Shown: positions 15,001-29,990 of the stretch, piece after piece | Layout: each line of letters opens with the position of its first letter | Position numbering within the stretch: the stretch's first letter is position 1 | Source: the human T2T-CHM13v2.0 reference genome, Homo sapiens | Assembly (NCBI RefSeq): GCF_009914755.1 | Contig: NC_060931.1 | DNA length: 64,000 nt | Direction: 5' to 3' (one strand) | Translations under genes and position numbers: made by a program | Notes under the pieces: model-generated | What the model saw: only the letters and a program-made list of their open reading frames with translations | Told to the model about the DNA's origin: nothing | Database searches by the model: none

Positions 15001-18000
15001 TTCGTTGATGATTCCATTCGATTCCATTAAAAGATGATTCCGTTTGATTTCATTCAATGGTTCTATTTGATTCCATTCGATGATTATTCAATTCTATTCC
15101 ATTCGATGATTAAATTCAATTCAATTTGAAGATTATTCCATTCGATTGCATTCTATGGGAATTCCATTCGGTTCCATTCGAAGATTCCATTCGATTACAT
15201 TCCATGACGATTCCATTTGAGTCCATTCGATGACTCCATTCAACTCCATTCGACGATGATTCCATTCTATTCTATTCAATGATTCCATTTGATTCCATTC
15301 AATGACGATTATATTCGACTCCATTTGATGATTCCGTTCGAGTCCATTCAATGATGATTGTATTCATGTCCATTTGATAATTCCATTCAATTCCATTTGA
15401 TGATGATTCCATTTGAGTCCATTCAATGATTCCATTCGATTCCATTCAATGATGATTCCATTAGAATCTATTCGATGATTTCACTCGATTCCATTGGATG
15501 GCTCCGTTCGATCCCATTCGATGATTCCCTTCAATTCCATTTCATGATCCTTCCATTTGATTCAATTCGGTGATTCCATTTGATTCTATTCAATGATTTT
15601 TCCAATCGAATCCTATAGATGATGATTCCATTTGATTCCATTTGATTATGATTATATTCGATTCCATTTGATGATGATTCCATTCGAATCCATTCAATGA
15701 TTCCATTTGATTCCATTCGATGATGATTCCACTCAAGTCCATTCGATGATTCCATTCGAGTCCATTCGATGATTTCATTAGATTCCATTCGAAGATGATT
15801 CCATTCGATGTCATTTGATGATTTCATTCGAATCCATTGAACAATGATTCCATTCGTGTACATTCGATGATTCCATTCGATTCCATTTGATGGTCATTCC
15901 ATTCAAGTCCATTTGATGATTCCATTCAATTCCATTCGACGATGATTCCATTCTTATCCATTTAATGATTCCATTCAATTCCATTCGACGATGACTGCAT
16001 TCGGTTCCATTACATGATGATTCCAACGGAATCCATTCTATTTCTTAATTTGATTCCATTCATTGATGATTCGATTTGTTTCCATTAGATGATGATTCTA
16101 TTAGATTCCATTGGATGATGATTCCATTTGATTCCATTCAATGACGATTCCATTTAATCCCATTCAATGATGATTCCACTCGATTCCATTCGATGATTCC
16201 ATTCGATTCCATTCGATTGTGATGCCATACGAGTGCATTCAATGATTCCAGTCGATTCCACTCGATGATACTTTAATTCGAGTCCATTCGATGATTCTTT
16301 TTGATTCAATTTGGTGATGATTCCATTCGAGTCCATTCGATGATTGCATTCGAGTCCATTTGATGATTCCATTCGATTCCATGTGATGATGATTCCATCG
16401 AGTCCATTCGATGATTCCGTTTGATTTCATTAGATGATGACTGCATTTGATTCCATCTGATGATGATTCCAACGGACTGCATTCGATGACTCCATTTGAT
16501 TCCATTCATTGACGATTCCATTCAATTCCATTTGATGATGTTTCCATTCTATTCCATTCATTGATGATTGCATTCGATTCCATTCTATTATGTTTCCATT
16601 TGATTCCATTAGATGATGATTCCATTCCACTCCATGCCATGATTATTCCATTCAATTCCATTCAGTGATGTTTCCATTCGATTCCATTAGATTATTCCTT
16701 TTGATTCCATTCGATGATGATTCCATTCGTGCCCATTCGATGATTCCATTCAATTGCATTCTATGATGATTCCATTCGATGATTCCATTCAATTCCATTT
16801 GATGTTTCCTATTGATTCCTCTCGATGGTGATTCCATTGGATTCCATTTGATGATTCCATTTGAGTGCATTCCATGATTTCATTTGATTCCATTCGATGA
16901 TGATTCCATTCGAGTCCATTTGATTATTCCATTTGATTTCATTCAAGGATGATTCCATTCGATTCCATTCGATGATCCCATTTGAGTCCAATGATTCCTT
17001 TCGAGTCCATTAAATGATTCCATTGTATTCCATTAGTTAGTGACCCATCTGAATCCATTCAATGATTATTCCATTTGATTTCATTCGATGATTCCATTGG
17101 ATTTGATTCTTTGTCTTATTACCATTCTTTTTGATGATGATTCCTTTCTCTTTCATTCGATGATCCCATCCGTTTCTTATCCATGATTCCAATCAATACC
17201 ATTTGATGAAAATTCCATTCGATTCCATTTGATGGTGATTGCATTTGATTATATTTGATGCTGATTCTGTTTGATTCCTTTCGATGATGATTCCATTCGA
17301 TTCCATTTGATGAATCCATTCGATTCCATTCGATGATGATTCCATTTGAGACCTTTCGATGATTCCATTCAATTCCATTCAATAATGATTCCATTCGAGT
17401 CCATTCGATGACTCCATTCAAGTCCATTTGATGATTCCGTCTGATTCCATTCGATGATGATTCCATTAAGGTCCATTCGATGATTCCATTCAATTCCATT
17501 CGGTAATGATTTCATTCGATTCCATTCAATGATTCCATTCCATTCCATTCGATGATGATTCCAATCAATTCCAATCGATGATTCCCTTCGAATCCATTTG
17601 ATGATGAGTCTATATATTTCAATTCCGTGATGATTCCATTCGATTCATTTCGATGGTGTTTCCATTCGATTCCATTTGATGTTGATTCCAGTTGATTCTA
17701 TTGGATGATGATTTCATTCAAGTCCATTCGATGATGGTTCCACTCGAGTCCATTCGATGATGATTCCATTCTTTTAAATCCGATGATGATTCCATTCAAT
17801 TACATTTGACGACTATTCCATTCGAGTAAATTCTATGATTGCATTTGATACCATTCGATGATGATTCCATTTGAGTCCATTCGATGATTCCATTCGAGTC
17901 CATTCAATGATTCCATTCGATTCCATTCGATGAAGATTCCATACGAGTCCATTCAACGATTCCATTTGATTCCATTCGATGAAGATTCCATAAGAGTCCA

Positions 18001-21000
18001 TTCGATGTTTGCATTTGATTCCATTTGTTGATGATTCCATTCGAGTCCATTTGATGATTCAATTCGATTCCATTCGATGATTATTCCATACATTGATTAT
18101 TCCATTCCATTCCAATTGATGATTCCATTCGAGTACATTGATTATTCCATTCCATTCCATTCGATGATTCCATTCGAGTCCATTCGATTATTCTATTACA
18201 TTGCATTCGATAATTCCGTTCTGTTCCATTTGATGTTGACTCCATCTGAGTCCATTCGATGATTATTCCATTCGTGTCCATTCGATCATTCCGTCTGATA
18301 AAATTGGATGATGATTCCATTCGATTGCATTCAATAATTCCATTCTATTCCATTCGATGATGATTGCTTTCGAGTCCATTCGATTATTCCATTCGAGTCC
18401 ATTTGATTATTCCATTGAGTTCAATTCGATGATGATTACATTGGATTCCATTCTATGATTCCATTCGATTCCATTCGTTCATGATTCCATTCGATTCCAC
18501 TCGATGATTCCATTTGACTTCATTCAATGATTCTATTCGATCCCTTTCGATGATGAATCAATTCTATTCCATTGGGTGATTCTATTCGATTCCATTCGAT
18601 GATGATTCCATTCAAATGCATTCGATGATTCCATTCGATTCCACCGAAATATAACTCCATTTTTATCGACTAGATGATTCCATTTGATTCCATGTGATGA
18701 TGATTCCATTGAGCCCATTTGATGATACCATTTGATTCCATTTGATGCTGCGTGCATTCAGTTCCATTCGATGATGATTCCAAGGGACTCCATTCGATGA
18801 CTCCATTCAACTCCATTAATCGATGATTGCATTGGATTCCATTCGATGATGATTCCATTCGATTCCATTCGATCATGATTCCATTCGATTCCATTCCATG
18901 ATGATTCCTTTCAATTCCATTCGATGATTCCATTCGTGTCCATTCGATGATGATTCCATTCGTGTCCATTCGATGATTCCATTTGAGTCACTTCATTGAT
19001 TTCATCCGATACCATTTGATGATGATTCCATTCGAGTCCAATCGATTATTCCATTCAATTCCATTTGATGATTCCATTCAAGTCCATTCGATTATCCATT
19101 CGAGTCTATTCGATGATCCCATTTGATTCCATTCGATGATTACTCCATTTGATTCCATTACATGATTCTGTTCGATTCCATTTTATGATTCCCTTCTATT
19201 TATTTCGATGATGATTCCATTCTATTCCATTCGATGTTACTATTCTAATCCATTCAAAGATGATTCCTTTTGATTCCATTTGATGATGATTCCATTCAAT
19301 TCCATTTGATGATGACTGCATTCGGTTCAATTTGATGATGATTCCAAAGGATTCCATTCGATTTCTCTATTCAATTGAATTCATTGATGATTCCATTCGG
19401 TTCCAGTAGATCATAATTCCATTGGATTCCATTCGATGATGATTAATTTCAAATCCATTCAATGATGATTCCATTCGACTCCTTTCGATGATGATTCAAT
19501 TTGTTTTCACTTGATGTTTCCATTCGATTCCATTCGATGATGATTCCATTCATTTCCATTCAATTATTCCATTCGATTCCATTCAAGGATGATTCCATTC
19601 GAGTCCATTCAATGATTCCATTCAAGTCCATTCAATGTTTCCTTTTGATTCCATTTGATGATGATTCCATTCGAGTCCATTCAGTGATTCCATTCGATTC
19701 CATTCGATGATGATTCCATTCGGGTCCATTCGATCATTGCCTTTGATTTCATTCGATGATGATTCCATTTGATTCCATTCAATGATTGCATTCTATTTCA
19801 CTCGATGATGATCCCATTCAAGTCCATTCTATGATTCCATTCGATTCCCTTTAATGAATCCATTGGTTTCAATTCGATGATGATTACATTGGATTCCATT
19901 CATTGATGATTCCATTTGATTCCTTTTGATGATGATTCCATTCAATTTCATTTGATGATTCTATTCGATTCCATTCGATGATGATTCAATTCTATTCCAT
20001 TGGATGATTCCATTCGATTCCATTGGTTGATGATTCCATTCGATTCCATTTGATGATGATTCCTTTTGATTCCATTCGCTGATGATTCCGTTCAACTCCA
20101 TTCGTTGATGATTCAATTAGATTCTATTCGATGATGATTCCATTCAATTCCATTCGATGATCTTTCCATTCAATTGCATTTGGTGATTATTCCAATCGAG
20201 TGCATTTGAAGATTCCATTTGATTCCATTCAATGATATTTCCATTTGACTCCATTCGATGATTACATTCAAGTCCATTCTATGATGATTCCATTCGATGT
20301 CATTCTCTGATTCCACTTGATTCCATTCCATGATGATTCCATTCGAGTCTTTTCAATGATTCCATTAGATTAAATTGAATGATGATTCTTTTCGAGTCCA
20401 TTCAATGATTCCATTCAATTCCATTTGATGATGATTCCATTCGAGTCCAATCAATGATTCCATTTGATTCCATTCGATTATGATTGCACTTGAGTCCATT
20501 CGATGATTCCAGTCGATTCCATTCGATTACTCCTTTAGATTCCATTCATTGATGATTCTATTTTATTCCATTCGATGATTCTATTTGTTTCCATTTGAAG
20601 ATGTTTCCTTTCGGGTCCATTCGAGGATTCTATTTGATCGCATTCAATCATGATTCCATTCGTGTCCATTTGATGATTCCATTCGATTCCATTCGATGAT
20701 GGTTCCATTCGAGTCCTTTCAATGATTCCATATTATTCCATTTGATGATGATTCCATTTGACTCCAATTGATGATTCAATTCGATTCCATTCGATGATTC
20801 CGTTCGTTCCAATTCGATGATTCCATTTGATTCCATTCGATGATGATTCCATTCAATTCCATTCGATGATGATCCCATTGGATTCCATTCAATGATGATT
20901 CCACTCGTTTCCACTCTATGATGATTCCATTCGGTTCCAGGTGATGACGATTCCATTAGATTCTATTCCATGATTCAATGCTATTCCATTTGTTGAAGAT

Positions 21001-24000
21001 TCCATTCGAATCCATTCGATGTTTACTCCATTCGATTACATTCGATGATGATTCCATTCGATTCCATTTGATGATGATTAGATTCGATTTCATTTGATGA
21101 TTCTATTTGATACCATTCGATGATGATTCCCTTCTATTCCATTCGATGATTCCATTCGATTCCATTCCGTGATGATTCTAATCAATTCCATTTGATGATT
21201 CCATTTGATTGCATTTGATGATGATACCATTCATGTCCATTCGATGCTTCCACTAGATTCCATTTGATGATGATCCCATTCGTGTCCATTAGATGATTCC
21301 ACTCATTTCCATTCAATGATGATTCCATACGAGTCCGCTAGATGATTCCATTTGATTCCATTTGATGATGATTCCTTATGATGCCATTCGAAGATTCCAT
21401 TAGATTTCATTGGATGATCATTCCATTCATTTCCATTCGATGATTCCATTTAATGATGATTCCATTCGATGCCATTCGAGAATTCCTTTCGCTTCCATTT
21501 GAGGATTCCATTCTATTCCATTCGATGATGATTTCATACGAGTCCATTCAATGATTGCCTTTGATTCCATTTGATGATGATTACATTCGAGTCCATTGGA
21601 TGATTCCATTCGATTTCATTCGATGATGATTCCATTCGTTTCCATTCCATGTTTCCATTTGATTCCATTCCACGATAATTCCATTCGAGTTCATTGGATG
21701 ATTCCCTTCGATTCCATTTGATGGTGATTCCATGAGAGTCCATTCGATGATTCCATTCAGTTCCATTTGATGATGATTCCATTTTATTCCATTTGAAGAT
21801 TCCATTTGATTCCATTCTTTGACTCTTCCTTTCTATTCCATTCGATGATGGTTCCATTCAATTCCATTTGATGATGATTCCATTCAATTCCATTTGATGA
21901 TGATTCCATTCGAGTCCATTCAATGATAATTCTGTTCAAGTCTGTTCGATGTTGATTCCATTAGATTTCATTCGATGCTTATATTCGATTCCATTCGATG
22001 ATGATTCCCTCACATTCCATTTGATGATTCCATTGATTCCATTCAGTGATGATTCCATTTGATTCCATTCGATGATGATTCCATTCAATTTGAATCATTG
22101 ATGATTCCATTTAATTCCATTCGATGATTCAATTAGATTCCATTCAATGATGATTCCATTCGAGTTCATTCGTTGATCCCATTAGATTCCATTCGACGAT
22201 GATTCCATTCCAGTCCATTCGTTGATTCCATTCGATTCCATTTGATGATGATTCCATTGGATTCCATTTGATGATTCCATTTGCCCCCATTCGTTGATGA
22301 TCCCATTAGATTCCATTTGATGTTGATTCTACTCGACTCCATTTGATGATGATTCCATTCGATTTCATTAGATGATTCTTTTCATTTCCATTCGATGATG
22401 ATTCCCTTCTATTCCAATCAATGATTCCATTCGATGCAATTCGATGAATACATTTGATTCCATTCGATGATGACTCCACTCTATTCCATTTGATGATTCC
22501 ATTCGATTGCATTCAATGACGATTCCATTCCATTCCATTCAATGATGATTCCATTCGTGTTCATTCGATGATTACATTTTATTGCATTCGATGAGGATTC
22601 CATTCCTGTCCATTAGATGATTCCATTCGATTCCATCTGATGATGATTCCATTCGATGATTCCATTCAATTCCATTCATTGATGATTCCATTCGATTCCA
22701 TTCAATGATTCTATTCGATTCCATTCGATGATGATTCCATTCGATGCCATTCAATTGTTACATTGGATATCGTTCGATGATGATTCTATTCGATTCCATT
22801 CAATAATTCCATTCGAGTTCATTTGATGTTCCATTTGAGTCCATTCGATAACACCATTCGATTCCATTCGATGGTGATTCCATTCGAGTCCATTTGATGA
22901 TGATTCCATTCGAGTCCACTCGATGATTCCATTCAGTTCTATTTGATGATGATTCCATTGGATTCCTTTCAATGATTCTATTAGATTCCATTTGATGATG
23001 ATTCCATTCGATTCTGTTCATTGTTGATTCCATCAGATTCCATTCAATGATGATCCCATTCGACTCCATTCATTGATGACTCCATCAGATTCCATTCAAT
23101 GATGATTCCATTCCACTCCATTCGGTGATGATTCCATTCGATTTCATTCGATGGTTTCATTCGATTCCATTCAATGATAATTCAATTCGATTCCATTCAA
23201 TGATTCCATTCAATTCCATATGATGATGACTCCATTTGATTCGATTCATTGATGAGCCATTCGATTCAATTCCATGATGATTCTATTTGATCCAATTCCA
23301 TTATGTCTCCATTCGATTCTATTCAATGATGATTCCATTCAATTCCATTCGAAGATGATTCCATTCGAGTCCATTCGATGATGATTCCATTCGAGTCCAT
23401 TCGAAGATGATTCCATTCGATTTCATTCAATGCTTCTATTAGATTCCATTCGATGATGATTCCATATGATTCCATTCGATGATTCCATTCGATTCCACTC
23501 AGTGATGGTTCCAATCCATTCCATCCGATGTTGATTTCATTTGTTTCCGTTCAATGATGATTGGATTCATGTCCATTTGATGATTCCATCTGAGTCCATT
23601 CAATGATTCCTTTCGAGTCCATTTGGTGATTTCATTGGACTCCATTTGATGATGATTTCATTCAATGACTCCATTCGATTCTATTAGATGGTGATTCCAT
23701 TAAATTGCATTCGATGCTGATTCCTTTCAATTCCATTCGATGATTCCAATTGATTCCATTCTGTCATTCCGTTCTATTACATTCAACGATGATTCCATTC
23801 AATTCCATTCGATGATTCCTTTTGATTCTATTAGATGATGATTCCATTCGGTTCCATTCGATGATGACTGCATTCAATTCCATTCGATTATTCCATTTGA
23901 TTCCATTCAATGATGATTCTGATTGATTCCATTTGTTGATTCCATTCAATTTCATTCGATGATTCCATTTGATTGCATTTGATAATGATTCCATTCGATT

Positions 24001-27000
24001 CCATAGGATGATTCCATTCAATTCCATTCGATGATGATTCCACTTAAGTCCACACGATGATTCTATTAGAATCCATTCTATGATTCCATTAGATTCCATT
24101 CGATGATGATTATATTCGATGCCATTCGATGATTCCATTCAATTCCATTCAAGGATGATTGAACTCGTGTCCATTTGATGATTCCATTCGATTCCATTGG
24201 ATGATGATTCCATTCGTTTCCATTCCATGATTCCATTCAATTCCATTCGATGATGATTCCGTACGAATACATTTGATGATTCCATTCCATTCCCTTTGAT
24301 GATTCCGTTCGATCCCTTTCTATGATTCCATTCGATTCCATTTGATGATGACACCATTTGGTTCCTTTTGCTTTTGATTCCATTCGGTTCCATACGATGA
24401 TGATTTCATTCGATTCCATTCGATGATTCCATTTGATGATGACTCCATTCATTCCATTCAATGATGATTCCATTCGATTCCATTCGATGATGATTCCATT
24501 CTAGTCCATTCATTGATTCCATTCGATTCCAATCGATGATGATTCCATTCGTGTCGATTCAATGATTCCATTCGATTCCATTCAGTGATTATTCCGTTTG
24601 ATGCCATTCAATGATTCCATCCGATTTCATTTGATGATGATTGCATTCGCTTCCATTCATTGATGATTCCATTTGATTACAGTCAATGATGATTCCATTC
24701 ATATCCATTCGATGATGATTCTATTCGAGTCCAATCAATCATTCCATTTGAATCTATTCGATGATTCCATTTGATTCCATCCCATTATGCTTCAATTCGT
24801 GTCCATTCGATGATGATTCCATTCGATTCTATTTGATGATTCAAATTGATTCCATTGGATGATTCACTTCAATTCCTTTCAATGATGATTCCTTTTGATT
24901 CCGTAAGATTTTCACTTCATTCAACTCCATTGATGATGATTGCATTTGAATCCATTCGATGATTCCATTCGAGTCCATTCGATGATTCCATTCGACTGCA
25001 TTCGACGATGCTTCCATTCGATGCTACTCGATGATTCCATTAGATTATATTCGATGATGATTCCATTTGACTCCATACAATGATTCCATTCGAGTCCATT
25101 CGATTATTCTATCAGTTTCCATTCGATGATGATTCCATTCCATGCCATTCAGTGTTTCCATTCGATTCCTTTCAATGATGATTGCATTCGTGTCCATTCG
25201 AAAATTCCATTCGATTCCATTGGATGATGATTTCATTCGAGTCCATTCGATGATGATTTCATTCATGTCCATTGGATGATGATTCAATTCGATTCCATTC
25301 GATGATTCTATTCGATTCCATTCGATGATGATTCCATCTGATTCCTATTGATGAATCCATTCAATTCCATTCTATGATGATTCCATTCGTTTCCATTCAA
25401 TGATGATTCCATTCCATTCCATTCAATGATTCCTTTCGATTCCATTCACTGATGATTCCAATCAATTCCATTTGATGATTCCATTTGAATCCATTCGATG
25501 ATGAGTCCATTCTTTTCAATTCCATGAGGATTCCATTTGACTCAATTCGATGGTGTTACCATTCTATTCCATTAGATGTTGATTCCATTGGATTCCATTG
25601 GATGATTATTCCATTCAAGTCCATTCGATGATGATTCCATTCGAGTCCATTCAATGATGATTCCATTCGATTTCATTCGATGATTCTATTTTATTCCATT
25701 CGATGGTGATTCCATCTGATTCCATTTGATGATTCCATTTGATTCCATTCGATGATGATTCCATTCATTTCCATCCAATGATGATTCTTTTCGATTCCAT
25801 TCGATGATTATTCCATTCGAGTCCATTCAATGATTCCATTTGATAACTTTTGATGATGATTCCATTCGAGTCCATTCAATGATTCCATTTGACTCCATTC
25901 AATGATTCTTTTCGATTCCATTGGATAATTCCGTTCAATTCCATATGATGATTATTCCATTTGAGTCCATTCAATGATTATTACATTCGATTCTATTCAG
26001 TGATTCCTTTCGATTCCATTTGATAATGATTCCATTCGAGACCATTCGATGATTCCATTCAATTCATTTGATGATGATTCCATTCAATTCCATTCGATGA
26101 TTCCATTAGATTCCATTTGATAATGATTCCATTTGATTCCATTAGATGATGATTCCATGTAATTCCATTTGATGACGACTCCTTTCGCTTCCATTCGATT
26201 ATGATTCCATTCGGTTCAATTCCATGATTATTCCTTTGGATTCCATTCGATGATGTTTCCATTCGACTCCATTTGATGTTGATTCTTTTTGATTCCATTC
26301 GATGATTATTCGATTTGATTCCATTCGATGATGATTCCATTCGATTCCATTCGTTGATTCCATTCGATTCCGTATGATGATTCCATTCCAGTCCATTCAA
26401 TGATTCCATTCGATTCAATACGATGATGATTCCATTCGATTCCATTCGAAGATTCCATTCGATTCCTTTCGAACATTATTCCATTCGAGTCCATTCGGTG
26501 ATCCCTTTCGATGCCAATGGAAAATGATTCCATTCGAGTCCATTCGATGATACCATTCAATAACATTCATTGATGATTCCATTCGAGTGCATTCGATGAT
26601 ACCATTCGATTCCATTTGATGATGATTCCATTCGATGATTCCATTCAATTCCATTCTATGATGATTCCATTCGAGTCCATTTGATGATTCCATTGGACTC
26701 CGTTTAGTGATGATTCCATTCAATGATTCCTTTCGATTCTATTTGATGTTGATTCCGTTCAATTACATTCGATGCTGATTCTATTCAATTCCATTCGATG
26801 ATTCAGTTTGATTCCATTCGATGATTCCATTTGATTACTTTCGACGATGATTCCATTCAATTCCATTCGATGATTCCATTTGATTCTATTCGATGATGAT
26901 TCCATTCGATTCCATTCGATGATGACAGTATTCTATTCCATTTGATGATTCCATTTGTTTCTACTCGATGATGATTCTGATCGATTCCATTCGATGATTC

Positions 27001-29990
27001 CTTTAGATTCCATTCGATGATTCCCTTTGATTCCATTCGATAATGAATCCATTCAACTCCATTCGATGATTCCATTTGAGCAAATTCGATAATTCCATCT
27101 GAGTCCAATCGATTATTCCAATCGAGTCCATTCGATGATTCCAATCGAGTCCATTCGAAAATTTCATTTGAGTCCATTTGATGAATGCCTTTGATCACAT
27201 TCGATGATATTCCATTTGAGTCCATTCGATGATTCCATTCGATTCTATTCGATGATGATTCCATTCATGTCCATTCGGTGATTCCATTCGATTTCATTCG
27301 ATGATGATTCTTTCTGAGTGCATTAGATGATACCATTTGATTCCATTTGATGATGATTCCATTCGAGTCCATTAGGTGATTCCATTCGATTCCATTTGAT
27401 GATGATTCCATTCGATTCCATTCGATGATTCCATTTGATTACATTCGATGATGATTTCATTTGAGTCCATTTGATGATTCCATTTGATTCCATTCTATGA
27501 TGATTCCATTCGAATCCATTCGATGATTCTATTCGAATCCATTTGATGATTGCTTTTGATATTTGATGATTATTCCATTCGAGTCCATTTGATGTTTCTA
27601 TTCAATTCCATTCATTGATGATTCCATTCGAGTCCATTTGATGATTCCGTTTGCTCCCATTCTCCGATGATTACATTCAAGTCCATTCGATGATTCCACT
27701 CGAGTCCATAAGATGTTCATTCCTTTCGATTCCATTCAATGATTCCATTCTATTCCATTCAATGACGATTCCTTTCGAGTACATTAGATAATTCCATTCG
27801 ATTCCATTCGATGATGATTCTATTCGTGCCCATTAGATGATTTCACATGATTCCATTCGATAATGATTCCATTCGAGTGCATTCGATGATTCCACTTGAT
27901 TCCATTCGATGATGATTCCATTCCATTCAATTCCTTGGTGATTCCATTCAATTCCATTCATTGATTCCATTCCATACCATTCGACACTGATTCCATTTAA
28001 TTCCATTCGATGATTCCACTCGATTCCACTTGACAATGATTGCCTTCAATTCCATTTGATGATTCCCTTTGATTCCATTTGATGATGATTGCCTTCAATT
28101 CGATTTGATGATTCCATTCAATTCCATTCGATGATGATTCTTTTCAATTCCATTTGATGATTCCATTTGATTCCATTCGATGATGATTCTGTTCAATTCC
28201 TTTTGATGATTCCATTTGATTACATTTGAGGATTCCATTCGATATCATTCGATGATCATTCCATTAATTCCATTCAATGATTTCATTCGATTCCAAGGAT
28301 GATGATTCCATTCAATGCCATTCAGTGATTCCATTTGATTCCATTCGATGATGCTTCCAAGCAATGCCATTAGGTGTGTCCATTCGATTCCATTCAATGA
28401 TGATTCCATTCGAGTCCATTCGATGATTCTATTCGATTCCACTCACTGATAATTCCTTTCGATTCCATTCGATGTTTCCCTTTTATTCCATTCAATGATG
28501 ATTCCATTCGAGTCCATTCGTTGATTGCTTTCGAGTCTATTCGATGATTCCATTTGAGCCCATTCGATAATTCCATCCGATTCCATTCGATGATGACTGC
28601 ATTCTGTTTCATTCGATGATGATTCAAACGGACTCCATTCGATGACTCCATTTGATTACATTCACTGATGATTCCATTCGATTCCATTCAATGATGATTC
28701 CATTCGATGCCATTCGATGATTCCACTGGATTCCATTCAATGATGATTCCATTCGTGTCCATTCGATGATTCCATCTGATTCCATTCGATGATGATTCCA
28801 TTCGAGTTCTTTCAATGATTCCATTCAAGTCCATTAGATGTTTCCTTTCGATTCCACTTGACGTTGATTCCATTTGAGTCCATTCGATGATTAAATTTGA
28901 GTGTGTTCCATGATTTCATTCGATTCCATTCGATGATCATTCTATTGGAGTCCATTCGAATGTTCCTTTTTATTTCATTCGATGATGATTCCATTCGATT
29001 CCAATCAATGATTTCATTCGAGTCCATTCGATGATTCCATCACATTCCATTTGATGGTGATTCCATTCGATTCCATTCGATGATGATTCCATTTGACTCC
29101 ATTCAATGATGATTCCATTCGATTTCATTCGATGATGATTCCATTTGACTCCATTCGATCATGATTCCATTCGATTCCATTCAATGGTTCCATTCAATTC
29201 CATTCAATGGTTCCATTCGATTCCATTCGATGATGATTCCATTCAATTCCATTCCGTGATGATTGCATTCGATTCCATTCGATGTCTCCATTCGATTCCT
29301 TTTGATAATGATTCCATTCATGTCCATTGGATGATTCCGTTCAATTCTTTTCGATGATGATTCCGTTTGATGCCATTCGGTGATACCATGCCATTCCATT
29401 CGATGATGATTCCTTTCGATTCCATTCCATGACTCCTTTCGATTCCATTTGATGATGATTCCATTCCAGTCCATTCAATGATTCCATTCAATTCCATACG
29501 ATGATGATTCTCGGGTCCATTTAATGATTCCATTCAATTCGGTTCGATGATGATTCCATTTGAGTCCATTCGATGATTCCGTTCAAGTCCATTCGATTAT
29601 TCCTTTTGATTCCATTTGATGATGATTCCATTCGATTCCATTTGATGATTCCATTCATTTCCATTCGATGATGATTCCATTCGTGTCCATTTGATGATTT
29701 CATTCCATTCTATTCGATGATGATTCCCTTTGAGGCCATTTGATGATTGCATTTGAGTCCATTTGATGATTTCATTCAATTCCACTCGATGATGATTCCT
29801 TTTGAGTCCATTTGATGATTCGATTTGTGTCCATTCGATGATTCCATTCGATTCCATTCGATGAGGACTCCATTAGAGTCCATTCAATGATTCTATTAGA
29901 TTCCATTCAATGATGATTCCGTTCGAGTCCATTCGATGATTCCATTAGATTCCATTTGATGATGATTCCATTGAATGCCATTCGACGATT
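1..29990 (+). repeat. Human satellite 2 (HSat2/HSATII) array, CATTC-strand orientation, highly diverged
   Basis: Continuous ATTCCATTCGATTCCATTCGATGATG-type units with GAT/GATGAT spacers and GAGTCC variants. Many TTCGA positions are changed to TTTGA/TTCAA (CpG decay). The array runs off the left edge of the window. Confidence 0.93.
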
